Assembly (NCBI GenBank): GCA_963842525.1
Contig: CAWJGT010000009.1
Location: 1,568,001-1,632,000, forward strand
Direction: 5' to 3'
DNA length: 64,000 nt
Source: an uncultured Holophagales bacterium
Lineage (GTDB): Bacteria; Acidobacteriota; Thermoanaerobaculia; Multivoradales; UBA5704
Shown: piece by piece, positions 59,440-64,000 of the stretch
Layout of the letters: each line of letters opens with the position of its first letter
Position numbering within the stretch: the first letter of the stretch is position 1
Program-made: the position numbers and the translations under genes
The notes under the pieces: model-generated
Told to the model about the DNA's origin: nothing
The model's database searches: none
Seen by the model: the letters and a program-made list of their open reading frames with translations, nothing else

Positions 59440-61446
59440 ATGCTGATACTCGGTATTCATGGCGGCCACAAGCGCGATTTCGAGGACAACGGCGCGGGTT
59501 ACGGTCTGCACGACGGCGCAGCCGTCCTGCTCAGAGACTCCGAGGTGGTGGCGGGAATCGAGGAGGAGCGCCTGAACCGGATCAAGCACTCCAACTTTTT
59601 TCCTTACGAGTCTCTCAAGTTCTGCCTCGGACAAGCCCGCGTCGAGCTGGAGGAAGTGGATCGGATCGCCCTCAACCACAACCAGCAGACTTTTGACATG
59701 ATCGCCCGCAACCGGTTGCTGGTGGACCTCAACGAGTCATTTCTGGATGGCCGCTCCATGATGGGAGCCATGTTCCGAGACGCTTTCGGCGTCGACATCG
59801 CGAGCAAGATTCGCTTCTGTCATCACCACATCGCTCATGCTGCGAGCGCCTTCTTCGCCTCCGGCTTTCAAGACTCACTGATCGTGACGCTGGACGGCGA
59901 CGGAGACGGCCTCTGTGGCCTGGTTCTGGTCAACGAGGGTGGTAGCTTCCGGCCCTTGCGCGAGTACCCCATGAAGCATTCGCTGGGGGATTGGTATTCG
60001 CTCGTGATCAAGATCCTCGGCTACGACCGCTTCGACGAATATAAGGTCATGGGGCTTGCCCCACACGGCGATCCGGAGGTTTATCGCGGTCTGTTCCGGC
60101 AGCTTTACCGGCTGATGCCGCAGGGCGTGTATGAGCTTGCGACGCGCGAGCAGCACCTGGGACTTTTCCTGCAGGCAGGACTCCTACAGAAGATTCGCCG
60201 CAAGGGGGAACCCTTCTCGCAGGTGCACAAGGACTTCGCGGCCGCTCTCCAGGCCTCGCTCGAAGAGATCGTGCTTCACATTGTAAGTCATTACCAGAGA
60301 GAAACCCGGCAGAAGAGGCTTTGCCTCGCCGGCGGGGTGGTCCACAACTGCAGCATGAACGGCCGTATTCTGGAGACCGGGCTCTTCGAGGAGGTGTTCG
60401 CTCAGCCGGCGGCCCACGACGCCGGCACGGCTCTGGGCGCGGCTTGGACAGTGCTGTACGAAGAGACCGGAGTCCGGTGCTCGCCGATGACTCACGTCTT
60501 CTGGGGGAGCGATGTCGGGGAGGCGGAGGCCATCCGGCGCGAGTTGGAGGTGTGGAGCGACTTCCTCGAGGTCGAGCAGGTGGACGACATCATGGCGCGT
60601 GCAGCCCAATTGATCGCGGAAGGGGCCGTGCTCGGGTGGGTCCAAGGCCGCTCTGAGTTTGGTCCTCGCGCGCTAGGCAACCGCAGCATCCTGGCCGACC
60701 CTCGGCCGGCGCGGAACAAGGACCGTGTCAATCAGATGGTGAAGAAGAGGGAGGGTTATCGGCCTTTTGCACCTTCGGTGCGGGAGGAAGACGCGGCCGA
60801 CTTCTTCGAGCTGCCAGCGGGAGGCACGCAATACCAGTTCATGATCTTTGTGGTCAAGGTCAAGGAGGAGATGAGGGAGAGGCTTGCGGCCATCACCCAC
60901 GTCGATGGTACCGCGCGCATCCAGACCGTTTCACGGCATACCAACCCGCGCTTCTGGCAGCTTCTGGGCGAATTCAAGAAGCTGACAGGGATCCCGATTC
61001 TTCTCAACACCTCGTTTAACAACAATGCAGAGCCGATTGTAGATTCGGTCGACGATGCCGTGGCCTGCTTCCTGACCACTGGCCTCGACTACCTTGTGGT
61101 GGGAGACTACCTGGCCAGCAAGAGGGAGAAGGAGCTGCCGGTTCCGCTCTGCCTGGGTCTGGTGCCGACCTTGCGGCCTAGCCGCAAACTGGTCAAGAGG
61201 CTTGGGCAGCGCGGTGGGGGCGAGAAATACTTCATCGAGAGCACTGCGAGTCGATATTTCGGTGAGGACCGGATCGAAGTTTCGCTATCGCTGTTCCAAG
61301 CCTTGACCAATGTCGATGGGAGGCGGTCGCTGCTGGAGCTGCTGCGGGAGCAGGGCGTCGCAGATGACTCGATCCAAAGCGCTGGTCACGAGGCCGTGGA
61401 CCTGTGGATGCGGCGTGTTCTCGTGCTACGCCCCGCCGCGCCCTGA
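59440..61446 (+). CDS. Carbamoyltransferase, NodU/CmcH family
   Basis: HDGAA, EEERLNRIKH, HHIAHAASAF, EYKVMGLAP, GRSEFGPRALGNRSILADP, RPFAP, HVDGTARIQTV and LLNTSFN motifs. Confidence 0.95.
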   Translation: MLILGIHGGHKRDFEDNGAGYGLHDGAAVLLRDSEVVAGIEEERLNRIKHSNFFPYESLKFCLGQARVELEEVDRIALNHNQQTFDMIARNRLLVDLNESFLDGRSMMGAMFRDAFGVDIASKIRFCHHHIAHAASAFFASGFQDSLIVTLDGDGDGLCGLVLVNEGGSFRPLREYPMKHSLGDWYSLVIKILGYDRFDEYKVMGLAPHGDPEVYRGLFRQLYRLMPQGVYELATREQHLGLFLQAGLLQKIRRKGEPFSQVHKDFAAALQASLEEIVLHIVSHYQRETRQKRLCLAGGVVHNCSMNGRILETGLFEEVFAQPAAHDAGTALGAAWTVLYEETGVRCSPMTHVFWGSDVGEAEAIRRELEVWSDFLEVEQVDDIMARAAQLIAEGAVLGWVQGRSEFGPRALGNRSILADPRPARNKDRVNQMVKKREGYRPFAPSVREEDAADFFELPAGGTQYQFMIFVVKVKEEMRERLAAITHVDGTARIQTVSRHTNPRFWQLLGEFKKLTGIPILLNTSFNNNAEPIVDSVDDAVACFLTTGLDYLVVGDYLASKREKELPVPLCLGLVPTLRPSRKLVKRLGQRGGGEKYFIESTASRYFGEDRIEVSLSLFQALTNVDGRRSLLELLREQGVADDSIQSAGHEAVDLWMRRVLVLRPAAP

Positions 61447-61467
61447 GCACCCAACGAGAGGTGGCGC

Positions 61468-62571
61468 GTGCTCCTACGGAAACCGACCCTCGCACTACGC
61501 TATCTGCGCCTCAAGGTGAACCAGAAACTCGTCCGTATGAAGGGCCCGGCGGGCGTCATCCCCCTCGAACAGGCGAAGGAGCACGCCGCGCGTTGCGTGC
61601 GGGCCTACGAGCGCGAGCCCGACGCGATCCGCAAGCAGCTGAGCGTGCTGGAGTCGCTGTGCGAGGTCGGCGTCACCCGTCCGAGCGACATGTCGCGGCA
61701 GTGCAACTTCTACGACCCCTCGGTCCTCGCCATTCTCAAGCCGTTGCCGCTGTTCCGCTCCGGCGACGAGCTGATCGATAGCGCGACGAGCAGGGTGTAC
61801 GACGAGCTCTCCGAATCTATGCAGGGGGAGCAGTGGTTCGTCTTCATGAATCACGGCTACCTGCCGGCTTCCGGAGCCGTCCCGCCGCTCGAGAGGGACG
61901 ACGACCGATGGAGGCACCAAGTCCTCCTGTACAAGTACCTGCTGGACACCGCGGAGGGGCTCGGGCTGTCCCGCCCGCTGAGCGAGTCGAGCCTGCTGGA
62001 CGTCGGCTGCGGACGCGGGGGCGGGCTCTCCGCGATGGAGCGGCTCTTCGGGCTGAAGCGCGCCGTCGGGCTCGACCAGAGCGAGAGGCAGATCGAGTTC
62101 TGCCGGGAGCGACACGGCCGCCTCGGGATCGAGTTCCATCAGGGCAGCGCGTTGGCTTTGCCGTTCGCAGATCAGACCTTCGATCTCGTCTCCAACGTCG
62201 AGTCGTCGCACCTCTATCCCAACGTGGAGAAGTTCCTCTCCGAGGTCCGTCGCGTCCTGAAGGACTCCGGAATGCTTCTCTTCACGGACGCGCGCGACGC
62301 CTGGTTCGGAACGCACCTCCTCGAAAGGCAGATGCGCGATTCGGGCCTCACCATCCTTCGCAGGGAGGACATCACCGACCGGGTGCTGGCCGCTTGCCGC
62401 GAGGACGCGACCCGCTTCGAGACGGTGTTTCGTGACGTCGCGGCGGCCGACAAATGGAAGCACCCCCAAGCCGTCGCGCGCTCGAAGGCGCGCCAGTATC
62501 GCCTCGGTGTGTCTCGCTACGAGGTGTACATCTTGAGGAAGGACGCCCGCCCCACCGGCCACATAGTATAG
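61468..62571 (+). CDS. Class I SAM-dependent methyltransferase, probably O-methyltransferase
   Basis: FMNHGY, LLDVGCGRGGG, FDLVSNVESSHLYP and EVRRVLK motifs, resembling phthiotriol/fatty-acid O-methyltransferase-type enzymes. GTG start is uncertain. Confidence 0.85.
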   Translation: MLLRKPTLALRYLRLKVNQKLVRMKGPAGVIPLEQAKEHAARCVRAYEREPDAIRKQLSVLESLCEVGVTRPSDMSRQCNFYDPSVLAILKPLPLFRSGDELIDSATSRVYDELSESMQGEQWFVFMNHGYLPASGAVPPLERDDDRWRHQVLLYKYLLDTAEGLGLSRPLSESSLLDVGCGRGGGLSAMERLFGLKRAVGLDQSERQIEFCRERHGRLGIEFHQGSALALPFADQTFDLVSNVESSHLYPNVEKFLSEVRRVLKDSGMLLFTDARDAWFGTHLLERQMRDSGLTILRREDITDRVLAACREDATRFETVFRDVAAADKWKHPQAVARSKARQYRLGVSRYEVYILRKDARPTGHIV

Positions 62572-62614
62572 TACAGCGCCAATTCCGGGGCTCCATCGGG
62601 AGCAGAGACAGGTC

Positions 62615-64000
62615 ATGACCGCCGAGAAGCTCTACCTCAAGCCGAATGTCGTCGCCGAGCCTCTGGTCGATCACTGGTACGCGTGGTCGCACCTGATTCC
62701 TCCCGCGACGGCCGCCATGAACATCGTGGGCCGTCACCTCAAGATCATGGAGTCCTACGTCAAGGCGCCGCAGGTCCACAGTGCCGCGGTGAAAAACCCG
62801 GCCATGCTTGGCGGCCCCTTTATCGATTACAAGGTGCCGCGGGTTGCCGAGATCCAGGCCCTGATCGACAGGACGAAGCGGGAACGGGCCCACCTCATCG
62901 AGCTCGCCAGGGCCATCCAGCAACTCGACGACCTGCTCCGGCAGGAGGCCAGAGGCCACTCGCTGGAGCCGCTATACGCCCGCGTCCCGGAACCGCTACG
63001 CGGTTACGTGGAGCTCGTCTACGATCTCAATAACCAGCCCTCGTTCCGTCTCATCGAGCCGCTCCTCTACCGGAGCCCCTACTATGTGCCCTCGGCGCAG
63101 AGCCTGGTGCTGGCGCTGATCAACCAGGACGACCGGCCGTTCGTGCTCAGCACGCCGCGGCTGCCGAACGCGGGGGACGTGCACCTGCGGCGTCCGTTCC
63201 GTCATCCCGGCATCGACGAGCTCTTCAAGATGAAGGCCGTGCCGCAGACCTTCGCCTACATCAAGGAAGCGCTGGAGTTGGAGGATGAGCACGATGAGGC
63301 GTTCGCCCGCTTCCTGACCCCCGAGCCGCAGCCCGCCTATGAGCCCTACCGGGGGAGCAGCGTGCGGTGGCGCTACTTCGGCCACGCCTGCATCCTGGTA
63401 GAGACGGCGGAGGTGCGCATCCTGCTCGATCCGGTGCTGAGCTACACCTACGAGAGCGACATCTCCCGGTATACGTACAAGGATCTGCCCGACTGGATCG
63501 ACTTCGCCCTGATCACCCACAACCACCAGGATCACATCCTGTTCGAGACGATGCTCCAGCTCCGCCACAAGATCGGCAGCGTGGTGGTTCCACGCAGCGG
63601 CAGCGGGGAGTTGCAGGATCCCTCCCTCAAGCTGCTGCTCCGGCAGATCGGCTTCACGAACGTCTACGAGATGGACGAGATGGAGACTCTCGAGCTGGGG
63701 GGAGCGAAGATCACCGGGCTCCCGTTCCTGGGTGAGCACGCCGATCTCGACATCCGGAGCAAGCTCGCCTATCACTGCCGGCTCGGCCAGCGCTCCATGC
63801 TCTTCGCGGCGGACTCCTGCAACATCGAGCCGCGGCTCTATGAGCGCCTGCAGGAGGCCGTGGGCAACATCGATGTCGCCTTCATCGGGATGGAGTGCGA
63901 TGGCGCGCCGCTGTCGTGGGTTTATGGACCTCTGCTGACGCGGCCGCTCGACCGCAAGATGGACCAGGGCCGCCGGCTGGCGGGCTCGAACTACGAGCGG
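62615..64000 (+). CDS. CmlA-like metallo-beta-lactamase-fold diiron beta-hydroxylase, 3'-truncated (absent from the ORF track)
   Basis: Hand translation from ATG 62615: MTAEKLYLKPNVVAEPLVDHWYAWSHLIPPATAAMN...NPAMLGGPFIDY...RYFGHACILVE...LITHNHQDHI...PFLGEHADLD; open to the window end. Confidence 0.9.
   Translation, partial: MTAEKLYLKPNVVAEPLVDHWYAWSHLIPPATAAMNIVGRHLKIMESYVKAPQVHSAAVKNPAMLGGPFIDYKVPRVAEIQALIDRTKRERAHLIELARAIQQLDDLLRQEARGHSLEPLYARVPEPLRGYVELVYDLNNQPSFRLIEPLLYRSPYYVPSAQSLVLALINQDDRPFVLSTPRLPNAGDVHLRRPFRHPGIDELFKMKAVPQTFAYIKEALELEDEHDEAFARFLTPEPQPAYEPYRGSSVRWRYFGHACILVETAEVRILLDPVLSYTYESDISRYTYKDLPDWIDFALITHNHQDHILFETMLQLRHKIGSVVVPRSGSGELQDPSLKLLLRQIGFTNVYEMDEMETLELGGAKITGLPFLGEHADLDIRSKLAYHCRLGQRSMLFAADSCNIEPRLYERLQEAVGNIDVAFIGMECDGAPLSWVYGPLLTRPLDRKMDQGRRLAGSNYER

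Larger units (their letters stand above)
1..64000 (+). other. Hybrid NRPS/type I PKS biosynthetic gene cluster with many tailoring enzymes, extending beyond both window ends
   Basis: Fourteen co-directional genes with short or overlapping junctions; 13 A domains (YTSGSTG.PK, YGP.E.T, GD, GK.D/N motifs), GG(H/D/Y)SL carrier motifs, HHxxxD C domains, one KS-AT-KR-ACP module. Confidence 0.97.

Noticed and set aside
1-64000. Siderophore cluster (suggested by the beta-OH-Asp machinery)
   Set aside because: No TonB receptor, Fur box, ornithine hydroxylase or E domain in the window; not excluded, but unsupported.
1-64000. CRISPR arrays, tRNA/rRNA genes, RiPP precursor for the radical SAM
   Set aside because: No spaced direct repeats or RNA gene signatures; the repeats are NRPS domain paralogy, and the only short ORF with an RBS is better explained as an NRPS relic.

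Overview
The whole 64 kb window is the interior of one large, single-strand (+) hybrid NRPS/type I PKS biosynthetic gene cluster. It is cut at both ends, and the ADOP-type permease hints at an Acidobacteriota host. Five NRPS genes (13 adenylation modules) and one KS-AT-KR-ACP-C PKS gene are interleaved with tailoring genes: three SyrP/TauD-type Fe(II)/2-oxoglutarate hydroxylases (one fused to the first NRPS), a PhpK-family cobalamin-dependent radical SAM methyltransferase, an AsnB-like amidotransferase, a carbamoyltransferase, an O-methyltransferase and a CmlA-like diiron beta-hydroxylase. Hand-read specificity codes give ...Asx-like, Leu-like (Asp235Asn), Pro-like, Ala, Asp, Gly, Pro, Glu, Asn, unknown, His-like, ketide, iso-Asp-like, Tyr, then a terminal C domain. 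No E, N-MT or TE domain is present. Most notable features: (i) three split modules in which tailoring genes sit between the C domain and its (interface-)A-T partner; (ii) an unusual A-subdomain shared only by the Asp and Asn modules, a candidate docking site for the radical SAM enzyme; (iii) an AsnB + TauD + iso-Asp-type A-domain cassette; (iv) a seam near 14.45 kb with a relic gene start, a GC drop and a new promoter. Four single-base frameshifts are probably sequencing errors. Substrate and product calls are inferences from motifs read by eye, and domain boundaries are approximate.
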